DNA from: Vicugna vicugna
Taxonomy: Eukaryota
NCBI GenBank assembly: GCA_013265495.1
Contig: MU061814.1
Span: forward strand, 4,260,759 to 4,324,758
Direction: 5' to 3'
Length of the DNA stretch: 64,000 nucleotides
Shown: piece after piece, positions 49,027 to 58,945 of the stretch
Numbering within the stretch: the stretch's first letter is position 1
Layout of the letters: every line of letters starts with the position of its first letter
Notes under the pieces: generated by a model
The model's input: the letters and a program-made list of their open reading frames with translations, nothing else
What the model was told of the DNA's origin: nothing
Databases searched by the model: none
Position numbers and translations under genes: made by a program

Positions 49027-50789
49027 TGAGCAGGGGACTCTCATGGGTCCCAGGAGCCGCTTCCAACACCAGGGTGCCTTGGGTTCACCAGAGAGGACAC
49101 AGGAGCAGCAAGAGCTGCTCCCTTTGGTCCAGCTCGGGTCTTGCCCGGGACACACCTGTGTCACATTTTCACAGCGCTGACCCCGCCACCCGCGGGGACA
49201 TGCTTGTTACCCGGCGTGCTGGTCGACCTCCTGCAGAGACTCGGACGCTCAAGGGAACAGAGGCCCTACTGTCCTCTTCTGAGGAAGCCTGGCCCCGCTG
49301 CCCAGCTCCCGTGTCTGCTCAGCCCCCCTGCCTTGATTTCCTCGTCGAGCGGAAGACGGTTCCCACCTCTGGCTACGAGAACCTGCAAGAAAAAACTGGA
49401 TTCAGTCTCGGTCCTAAGTGCTTATCAGCTGTTGTCTTCCTGGAGGCCCTTCTGAGTCTTCGGAAGCGCTTCCCTAACCACCTAACGAAACGGATTGAAA
49501 GCCGCACACCTAACTCGGGTATTCCATGGGAGACGTCTCTGCAGCTCTAAAACCACAGGCAACATGCTGGGGAATCCGACGAAACAGCCTCCTCAAAATA
49601 AGACCAATGGCGGAGTGAGCGGACGCAGGGCAGGGGGCAGAACACGCGAGAAGCCGCAAACCTCAAGTGTCCTTCGCCTCGCCCCCAGCCCAGGGAAGCC
49701 TTCCTCTTAGCCCGACTCTCCTGCTTCAGGTTCCACCCTCCCCCCCGGCCCCGCCTCCTGGCGGCAGAGGAGACGTGTCTCATTGAATAGAAACCCAACT
49801 ATTTACGTCCTGTGAATCAGGGGCTTGGAAATCAGACTCCAGAGCCTGGACTGGGCGCAGCCTGACTGCCTCGCCCGCGAGCCCGGGAACCAGGCCTGCC
49901 ATCTGCTTTGAGGAGATGAGGAAAGGGCTTGGGGGGAGGCGGAAGGGAGAGGACCCTCGGCCTGCAGAGTCCACCAGCAAGCGGCTTTGACTCTGTCTTG
50001 TGTTTGTTTTGGGGGTGTGTGCATTGCAGCGGGAAGGAGAGAGGCCAAGAAGGAGTCCTGGTTATGGACGGGGAAGAGCAGCCTCTTCGCCCGATGAGCA
50101 GCAGTCCAGATGTGGGCGAAGCACGAGGCTCGAAGCACAGCTGCTGGTGCAAATTTGTGTCTCCGAAGTTAGCGTCAAAGGTCGAGCGTGGGCTGCGGAG
50201 AAGCAGCCCCCGGCCGGGCGTGGCATCTGGGCGCTGGGGCGGCAGAGGGAGGGTCCCCTCTGCACGTGCAGCTGGGCGCCTCCACTCGCCGTCGCCCCCG
50301 ACCCTGGGCGCAGGAGCCCTGTGCGTGCGACGCTGGAGCAGAGGTGGGGCCCCGGCCTCCCGATGGTATGAGCAATTGTCTGAAATAGAAGTCTTCCTGA
50401 CAGTGGTGATTCCTACTTGTCCCCTTAGAAATTGAGCTACTTTTTAAATGCACGATACTGACACCCTCCCCTTGTATTCACGGGGCCCCCTAGGATCTGT
50501 CCACGTGGCAGCGTGTCCCCACAGCCCCACTGCCCTTACGAAGACAGGGTCAACCTCCCTATCGCCATAACGGAAACGGCGGGGCTGTCGGCCCTGCCGT
50601 CGGAGAGCGTGACTGACATCTGACGCGCCACACCTGTTTAGCGTGTGTGTAATTGATAGTTCGACACAGGACACACCCAGGAGACCACCCCCGCAGTCCA
50701 CCTCTAGTTTGGACTCTGTCCCCTCTAGAGGCTCCCTTCTGCCCGTCGTCACGGCCCCACCCCTGCTTTTGTGCCCAGACACCCACGAG

Positions 50790-51290
50790 CTGCTCTCCAG
50801 CACCAGAGACTAATTTCCATCTTCCCGAGTTTTACAGACGTGGAAGGGCACGTGTGTGTCTGGCTTCTTTCACCCGAGTGATTGCCCTCAAATCCGTCCC
50901 CGTGGCCACTGTGCCCACAGCCCAGCCTTTCTATCAGAGCTGCTTCCGTTGCGTGGATGCTCCACGGTTTCTCAGCGCTTCTGTCCATGGACATTTGGGG
51001 TGTTTCCAGTTTGGGTCGATGCCCATGAAGTAGCTCCCACAGCCCTGGACGTGTTTCTGCGCAGACGAATGCTTGCTTTTCTGACAAACACCCAGGAACG
51101 GGCTGTCTCGCTCACATGGTGGATGTAAGTTTACCTTTTTCGTTGTTGAGGCACAAATGACATGACATTATACCAGTTCCAAGTGTACAACATAAAGATT
51201 TCATATTTGTATGAGGTTTAACTTTTTAAGACATGGCCAGGCTGCTTTCCAAGGTAGTTGCCACATGTATATGCACGTATACATTTGTAC
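50790..51290 (-). mobile_element. Old L1M fragment interrupted by a short younger L1 3' piece (51140-51210)
   Basis: GTGTGTCTGGCTTCTTTCAC, CATGGACATTTGGGGTGTTTCCAGTTTGGG and TTTAACTTTTTAAGA...CTGCTTTCCAAGGTAGTTG are L1 antisense motifs. The insert is flanked by ATGTAAGTTTACCTTTT and ATGAGGTTTAACTTTT. Confidence 0.8.
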
Positions 51291-52589
51291 ATTTTATATG
51301 CATTTATTTATATACCTAAAGCACCACGTCAATTTGTACACAAACCTATGTAAGGGGTGTGTTTGCATGTTTGTGTCTTCATCACGTAGAAGAATTCACA
51401 TCAAACTCAACACTTCCCTCCACAAGGTACAACTGAGGCTCTGAAATTTTACCTCAGTTTTGAAATAATTTTCCAGCATGTGTTACTTAAATAAGTTTTA
51501 AAAATTACTTTATAGACAATAGAGGGTGTTGGGGGGAAGGGCCTGCCGTCACCCCTCCGGGACTTGACCCACCTTGTGCACTTTGTCCCTCCCCGGGCTG
51601 TTAACGCCACGTCCCCAGGCACCTGTCTCCACCTACGAACGAGTGTGGGAGAGCCAGGTGAGGGTGTGCTGTGCGTCAGGTTCGCAGACACAGCACCCAC
51701 CCCGCACCCTGGATTGTGGGGCGACCAGCCCCAGCACCGGGTGAGCGTGCTGCCCTCACAGCCTCCGTCTCACCTTGATGAACTTCTCCCAGGGACCTCA
51801 GACATCTGTCCCAGCGAGCAAAACCCTTCACCAGACTTCTTCTCCCAAATGATGATCGTGTGTCACGGGGACACGCTGTCGCGTGAGATTGCGTTACTAG
51901 CGTTTCTGAGCGCACCTAACCAGCCCTCTGTGTGATGAAAACTCCAGGGAAAGAAGATTTTGCAGATGGTAGGTGGCAACCGAGTTTTGAACGATGGCCC
52001 GAGAGCACCTTTCTGAGTAGCATCCCTCCGTTCTCTTGAACAGCGGCCCACTCTGCGTTTTGAAAGATCAGACACCAGATTAGCCCCCAGAGAAGCGTCA
52101 CTAACGTGGCTCCCCACGCGGACGTTACGAGAGGCTCCTCCGTCGGGGGCCACAGCCCAACCCGTGGCCTTCTGATCAGGAGGCTCGAGGCGAGACACCT
52201 AGTGGTGGGGGGGGTCCCGGCCAGCGAGCACAGAGACCCGATGGCCCCGCGCCCTGCCCAGCGCTCCTTCCAGCCCCAGCAAATGGCGAGAGTCTGGGAA
52301 CCTGTGCGGAGAGTCATCGCGGCTCCCAGGAGAGAAACGCCCCTCTAAGGACCAGTACGCCGCTCAGGGTGGACTCTCTCATTTCAGGAGACGCCGGTCA
52401 CGGCCAGGGGTCCGTGCGCTGGGCTGGGTATAGGAAGGTTACGGGATGACCTTTGGGAGTCCCCCTGCATTTAGTTAAATGTAACTGCTTCCGGGTAGAA
52501 CTGACTTAGTATTAAACTCATGTCAGTTTTTAAACGTGAGTCGCCCCCATTGGTAATAAATATAAAGTTGAAACACCACTTTGAGTCAG

Positions 52590-52735
52590 TTTTGAGTCCA
52601 TTGTGGACACGCGGCTCACATTATGACGTTTGTAAATGAGCGAGCGTCTCTGGGCTTCAGTTTTCTCAGCTGTAAAGTGAAGGTGATAGCACCCGCCTTG
52701 CAGGCCTGGCACGTGTGAAGCCACTTAATTAGAAG
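52590..52735 (+). mobile_element. MIR SINE fragment
   Basis: CTCTGGGCTTCAGTTTTCTCAGCTGTAAAGTGAAGGTGATAGCACC matches the MIR core. Confidence 0.75.
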
Positions 52736-52834
52736 CAGTGCTGGGAGCGTGATACAGGCTACGGCAGTGTTGACATGAGAGTTCATGTCATTTCTTTCTA
52801 AAGTTGGATCCCCTTTTCTTCAGTAGAAGGCACC

Positions 52835-53420
52835 CACTCTCACTCACTCACTCATCCGTTCATTTATACGACCAATATTTATCAAGCATCTAGTATGAGC
52901 TGGTGGCAGGGTCTCAGCTAGTCGTCGTGAACAAAGCAGAACTTAAAATCGGGGAGCAGAGGCATGGCGTGGAGGTGCAGGTGCCAAAGGGCGTATCAAG
53001 GGAACCTGCCAGGGACAGCGGTGGGGGATGCAAAGGGAGGGTGGGGATCTACGAAGGCTCAGGCTGGAGCCATGACTCTGTTCTAGAAAGAGCAGGTGGC
53101 AGAGGAGCTGAGAACAGCGACAGGGAATGCCAGTTCACGGGCGGCTGCACTGTTCTGACGGGAGGATGAGGGTAGTTTGGAAGGGAGGCCAGTAAATGTG
53201 GGAGATCGTCCAGAAGATGAAGTTCGGAGATGCACTGGATATGAGGGTGCAGGAAACGGAGGCATCAGGAATGGCTCTGAGATTTTGAGCTTCCGTATCT
53301 GGGTGGAAGGTGCAGGCCTTGCCTGGAGCGGGAACCGCTGGAACACTGTGTCTCCGGGGAAAGGGCTGCAGGTGAGGAAGATGCAGCCATTGTGGAATAA
53401 GAAAGGACTGGGTGCTTCCT
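52835..53420 (-). mobile_element. L2 LINE fragment including 3' end
   Basis: CACTCACTCACTCATCCGTTCATTT...AATATTTATCAAGCATCTAGTATG, followed by purine-rich antisense L2 sequence (GAATGGCTCTGAGATTTTGAGCTT). Confidence 0.75.
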
Positions 53421-53544
53421 GGGTGCCTACCAAAGAGTCTTTCCTAAAGGAAAAAAACGGGCTCGAGGCTTTTATTGAGTTGTTCAAGTACCGACTGTTT
53501 AATAGGAGTAACTCTGCGAAACAGGACAAAACGGTGGCTGTCCA

Positions 53545-53700
53545 GGCTGTCACATACGGGACAGGAATACTGTGTAATTACACACAGTCACCCCATCCAA
53601 GACGACCCAGAGAGAGTCAGAAAACTGACTTGTCACCCGACTAGAAGTAGCAGAACATGAATTTGAACCCAGATCGGCCTGAGTCCAGGCCCTATTGCCA
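53545..53700 (-). mobile_element. MIR SINE fragment
   Basis: GACTTGTCACCCGACTAGAAGTAGCAGAACATGAATTTGAACCCAGATC resembles the reverse MIR 5' part. Confidence 0.6.
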
Positions 53701-54299
53701 TTCTAAGGGCACCTTGCAGAATTCTCGAGAATTCTTTTGTGGAGGTTAAAAGAGAGAAATCTTGAAAGTAATGAAAAGGTGAGATAACATCTTGCAGATT
53801 TCCAGTGTGAGATACAATTGGTGGGCATTCACGAGCCTTGGCAGGTACTCTGACAGTTGCTTAGAAGATGCCCCAGCCAGGTAGCCAGATAAGATCAAGT
53901 CTCTGTAATGGAATTTCTGTTCACTGTGAGCGAATGAAACACAGCGCAAGCAGAGTGGAGTGAAAGCCTTCAGATTTTACTTCAATGATGGAGAGACCCA
54001 GAGAGATTATTACTTCCACCTTTATAACAAGTGAAGGACTAGACAAACTGCCAGCCGCTGACTTCTCTTGAACCCATCACAGAATCTAAGTTGCAGAGCA
54101 AACACAAAAAACCCAAAACCTGGGGAGAGACAGATGCTGGCAGGGAAAAAGAAGACCCACACATTTGCTTATGCAGAGCAGATGTTACCTGAAGGCACGT
54201 ATGCTAAAGGAAAACTCAGCTTTAAATTGTTAACTAATAGGGGCCAAGTGCAGGCGAGCCTGAGCGTGTAAAGTGCGTGGTGACTATAGACATGGGGAA

Positions 54300-57075
54300 G
54301 GTTTGCACCATCTTACGAACACACCCAGTGTCGCAGGTTTGCATGCAAAAGTGAAATATGTGTGAACTACAAGGCAACAATGCATGGGGGGCGGGGGGGA
54401 GGGAGGAACCAGGGACGCCCTGCCCTAAGTCCCTTGCCCTACCCGTGAAATGGTATCATATTACTTGAAGGTGAACCTAGATTTTTTAAAAAGTATATTG
54501 TAGATACTAGGGCAAACATTAAAAAATAAGAGGTATAACTATGTAACAGAAGAAATAAAATGCAATCGTAGAATGCATAGTTAAACTTAGAGAAGGCCGA
54601 AAGAGGGAGAAATTTGTAAAAAGTGAAATGAACAGAGAACAGCAACAAAATGGTATGTTTTCACCCAGTGCTGTCAATAATCATTTTAAATGTGAATGGT
54701 CTAAATAAATGACAAAAGACAGAAATGGTCAGGTTGGATTAAAAGCATGGAAGACTCAACTGTATGGTGTCCAGAAGAAATCCATTTTAAACTTAGAGAC
54801 ACAGATGCAATGAAAGGAAAAGTAGAGAGAGTGACGTACTGTGCAAGCACAAACTGATGGAAAGCTGGAGTGGCCGTATTATTTCACACACAGAATGCAA
54901 GGCTGGTTCAACATCAAAACTAGAATAATTCATTGCATTAATACTATAAAGAAGAAAAACATAAGACCATTTTAATAAAGGTAGGAAAATTAATCAGACA
55001 AAATTCAACATCAATTTATGATAGACTGTCTCAGCAAACCAGGAAAAGGAAGGAACATCTTTGACCTAACAAAGGTCACCTACAGAAATAAAAGCTTAAA
55101 AAACTTACAGCTAACAACACAGTAAGTAAAGAGAAACTGAATGCTTTTCCCCCTGAGATTAGGAACAAGTCAGAGCCATCCCCAACCCCCATTTCTATCC
55201 GACTCCACCCTGGAAGGCCTGGCCAGCGAAATAAAGAAAGTAAAGAGATAAAAGGCTAATGGCATGCAGCTTACAAAGGGACAGATGAAACCGTCTTTAT
55301 CTGCACGTGGCATAAGTCTTTCCTGGGAGAAATCACAACGAATCTCAAAAAGAGTTCCCAGAACGGACATGTGAGATTGGCAGGGTCTCAGGACGCAAGG
55401 CCAACGTGCCAGTGACTTGTTTTCCTCTGCTCCATCAATGAACAGTTGGATTCTGAAACTTTTAAAAGCAAATAGTCAACTGCCTTTTGACAAAGGTGCA
55501 TTGATAATTTGACAGAGAGTCTATAGTCTTTGGGGGTTTGTTTGGTTCTTTCTTGGGGGAGGTAATTAGTTTTACTTATTTATTTCCTAATGGGGGCACT
55601 GGGGATTGAACCCAGGACCTCGTGCATGTTGAGCTGTACCCTTCCCTCTTCCATAGTCTTATCAACAAATGCTGCTGGATGTTTTTATGGGGGAAAAAGG
55701 AACCTCAACACAAATTTCACATACTACACACAAAAAAATCTAAAGGTAAAACAAAATGTTAAAATTATGGAAGAGAACGTCTTCTAGAGACTTTGTAGGG
55801 AGAAAATCCATGTGACCTGGGTTTGGCAATGAGTTTGTGGCCATAACACCAAGACTTTCATCCTTGAAAGAAAAAAAATGGTAAACTGGACTTTTTTAAA
55901 ACCAAAGCGTTTACTTTGTGAAAGACACTGTTAAGAGAATGAGAAGACAAACTACAAACTTGGGAAAATATTTTCAAACCACACATCCAATAAGAGACTT
56001 GCATATGGTACACATAAAGAACTCTTAAACTCAAAAACCCAACTTAAAAGTGGGTGAAGATCTGAACAGACACCTCACCAGGTGATAAATGGATGCCAAG
56101 CAGGCATAGGAATAAATACTCGACATCCTTAGTCGTTAGGGAGCTGCAGACTGAAACAGCAATGAGACACCGCCACACGCTCATCAGAACGGCTGAAACA
56201 CAAAGGGACGGCGCCCAGTGCTCCTGACCGCGCAGTGAGAGCCAGAAGCACCGTCAGCCAGTGCTGGAGGGAACGCAAGTGGCCCGGGAGCTTCGGTCAG
56301 GAGGCGTCCACATTCTCACACAGCTGAGCTATGCCACCCGGCCATCCTACTGTTAAGTATTACCCGCGTGGACTGAAAATGTGTGGTCAAGGAAAACCGG
56401 TACACAGGTATTTATAGAAGCTTTATTCTGAACTGCCCCAATTGGAAACAATTCACGTGCTCCTTAACAGGTGAATGGATTATCAAACCATGGTATTGTT
56501 TGTAAAATGGGAAACTCCCCATCAATACAGAAGAATGTCTCCAGTTCACACAACAACGTGGATGACTCGCGAGTGTGTTCTGCTAAGTGGAAAAGGCCAG
56601 ACCCAAGAGGCAACACACTGTGTAATTCCATCTATGAGACATTTTGGAAAAGCAAAACCACAGGATGGAAAAGAGACCAGTGATTACTCAAATGTGGGGC
56701 TGGGAGAGGAATTCAGTACAAGAGGCCATACAGGGGGAAAGGGCATTGTCACAGCCTCAGCCTCTCTCCCTAAAATGTTCACTGATTCCTGGAGTGGGTT
56801 TAACAAACGTCCACGCGTTCTTTAACATTCCTCCCTCCGGGAGATGGAGCTTAATTCTCTCCCTTGAGGATGGGCTGGTTTTAGCAATTCCCTCCTAATG
56901 ACCAGAGCCTGGACAGGGAGAAAGGGTAAGTCTGCAGTGGAGGAATCCGGGAGAGCACCTTATCCAAGTGGTGGGGTTTCCACCGCCGGTCACGCGTGCC
57001 GACAGCTGGGACCCCTGCACCTGGAGAGGAGGGGAGCGCCCCTCCTCTGGGGCCGCCTTCTCCCAAATCCACAAC
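54300..57075 (+). mobile_element. Ancient internally deleted LINE-1 (L1MC3/4-like)
   Basis: Inter-ORF and endonuclease start (TTTAAATGTGAATGGTCTAAAT; AAAGCTGGAGTGGCCGTATT) joined to RT DNA (GAATGCAAGGCTGGTTCAACATC), ORF2 C-terminal DNA, and an L1MC4-like 3' extension (GATGGAGCTTAATTCTCTCCCTTGAG). Confidence 0.9.
55531..55652 (-). mobile_element. tRNA-Ala-derived camelid-type SINE nested in L1, with TSD
   Basis: GGGGGAGGTAATTAG...GCACTGGGGATTGAACCCAGGACCTCGTGCATG. TSD ATAGTCTT at 55523-55530 and 55653-55660. The element is shortened between the A and B boxes. Confidence 0.92.
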
Positions 57076-57082
57076 CTGCTCC

Positions 57083-57200
57083 TTCACACACACGCACTCG
57101 CTGACACAGACCTCCCGTCATGCACACGTGGACACAGGCTGCCCACTCACATCCACACACAGACACGCCCACCCGCAGAGACACACACACACTGACACTC
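57083..57200. repeat. CA-rich low-complexity repeat
   Basis: Degenerate CACACACACG/CACACAGACA units. Confidence 0.8.
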
Positions 57201-57344
57201 CCCACGCCTCGCGCACGTCCTCCACGCACCACCAGCCCGGGTTCAGCTCTCCCTGGCTTCCATGCTCATGATCTTGTCGGTGCATTTGCTCATCTGCAGT
57301 CACTGTGGTCCCTGCTCCAGGAGGGACCTTCGGCAGCAACGCCA

Positions 57345-57420
57345 TCTCTTTTACCGTCTGCTCCCCAGCACCCAACGCAGTGCCTGGCACAGTAGAGACT
57401 TAATAAATATTTGCATTTGA
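57345..57420 (+). mobile_element. L2 3' terminal fragment
   Basis: CAGTGCCTGGCACAGTAGAGACTTAATAAATATTTG. Confidence 0.75.
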
Positions 57421-58804
57421 GTAGGCGAGGGCGAGAGCCCGGTCCAGGACGGAAGGGAAAGACAAAGAGGGCAGAGAGGACCGCACGAGAGGAACGGCCC
57501 ATCCTTGCTGACCACGCCAGTCCTGCTCTGAGTCCTGAGACGTTTTCTCTCACACATGGGACCACGCATCCCTGGGGGCTGCCTTATTCCGGGGAAACCG
57601 TACAGCCTTGGTTTCAGAGACAGAATGTGCACCTGCCTTCCCACAAGTTACGGTCTCGGTAACCAGCCAACACAAGTTCTGCTCACGAGTTAAGGATGTG
57701 TTTCCATGGTGACCTTCTGGCAATTAACTCCTTGGAAGGTATCCAAGACCGGCCAGCATTCTCCAGAATTTGGCACCCCAGGGGTCCAGCCCGCCCAGGG
57801 CCACTCGTTTTGGAAAATTAACCTGTGCGTTCAGGCTGCGGGAAGACGTTTGTTCCCCGACACCGCGCTTTCCCCAGGATCCCGCAGAAGAACCGGCCAG
57901 TCTGGGTCCTGTGCGCTTTGTCAGCGGGCTCAGGTCCACTGTGAGCACCTGGAGGCAGATGCGGAGAGAGGGAGGGGAGGGGCCGGTGCCTCAACTTTCA
58001 TCCTCGTTGTCCTGGCTTCGGAAAGGACAGGCGGCTCATGCTAGCAGGCTGTGGAAAGGAGCGTGCATGCGGGTGGGGGCTGAAGGCGGGCAGTCTTTGC
58101 ACCATGTGTTCTTGGATGTTTCTTGCCAACATGTTGAAATTTATTACTTAGCTTCTTTACGCTTGAGGCAAAACACGCAGGACAATGATAGTGCGTCATG
58201 GAAACAATGGTGACACATTCTAAAGAGCCATAATCACCTGGTGGCTTGGAAAGGGACCTGCACACAATTAATACTGAAATTTGGTAAGTGCCCGATCTGA
58301 GGAAACAGGTACTTTATCAGGTAAGGAAATTGTAGGGGGTGCGCCATCATTCGCACTGTACACGGCGTCTTCTGCACGGAAGAGAATTCCCCTGTGGATC
58401 AAACGCACGGAGCAGGGATTTTAAAACAGTGCCGTGTACAAATCACACTGTCTCAGCTCTCTGCCCCCGTTCCAGGGCGATGCTGGAAAGGATTCTGCAG
58501 ACTCGGCTGTGCTCGAGGAAACAGGCCTGTTTGCAGCTCAGGCTGTCCAGCCACTGCAGAGCGCTGCGCACCACGAGATAAGGAAATTCAGCTCTCTGCA
58601 AGGTCTGGCACACGCTGCATCTGCAGAGAAATCGGGCTGGACCCAACCGCGCAGAGCAAGTGAGCTAGCAAAATTCGGAGACGTGGACATGGGTGTGGGC
58701 AGACATTGCCCTGCTTCGTGCACTTGGGGAAGTGTCCAGGCGGCCAGGACGCCTGGAATTGGGACTGTGGCTGCGCCCAGACCATCTCCTCCACCCTCCA
58801 TGCC

Positions 58805-58945
58805 GCCACTGATTTGCTCTGAATCTTAACGAGTTTTGTAATTTCCTGAGCCCCGATCTCCTTGTCCCCATGGATAGCTATGTCCTGGGGTTGAAGATGA
58901 AATGAAGTTAGAAAGTGGCTGGCACACAGTAGGCTCGGTAAAAAC
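58805..58945 (+). mobile_element. MIR SINE fragment
   Basis: GTTGAAGATGAAATGAAGTTAGAAAGTGGCTGGCACACAGTAGGCTCGGTAAA resembles the MIR 3' half. Confidence 0.65.

Noticed and set aside
49750-49767. CTCF-like motif GCCGCCAGGAGGCGG (minus strand), plus weaker ones near 24190 and 60745
   Set aside because: Such matches are common by chance in GC-rich DNA and cannot be supported without PWM scoring or ChIP.
53177-53644. 155-aa ORF
   Set aside because: It lies on antisense L2/MIR sequence.
53718-53735. Perfect 18-bp palindrome AGAATTCTCGAGAATTCT (EcoRI-XhoI-EcoRI, STAT6-like core)
   Set aside because: About 0.24 such palindromes are expected by chance in 64 kb (64000/4^9), and there is no vector sequence or supporting context.
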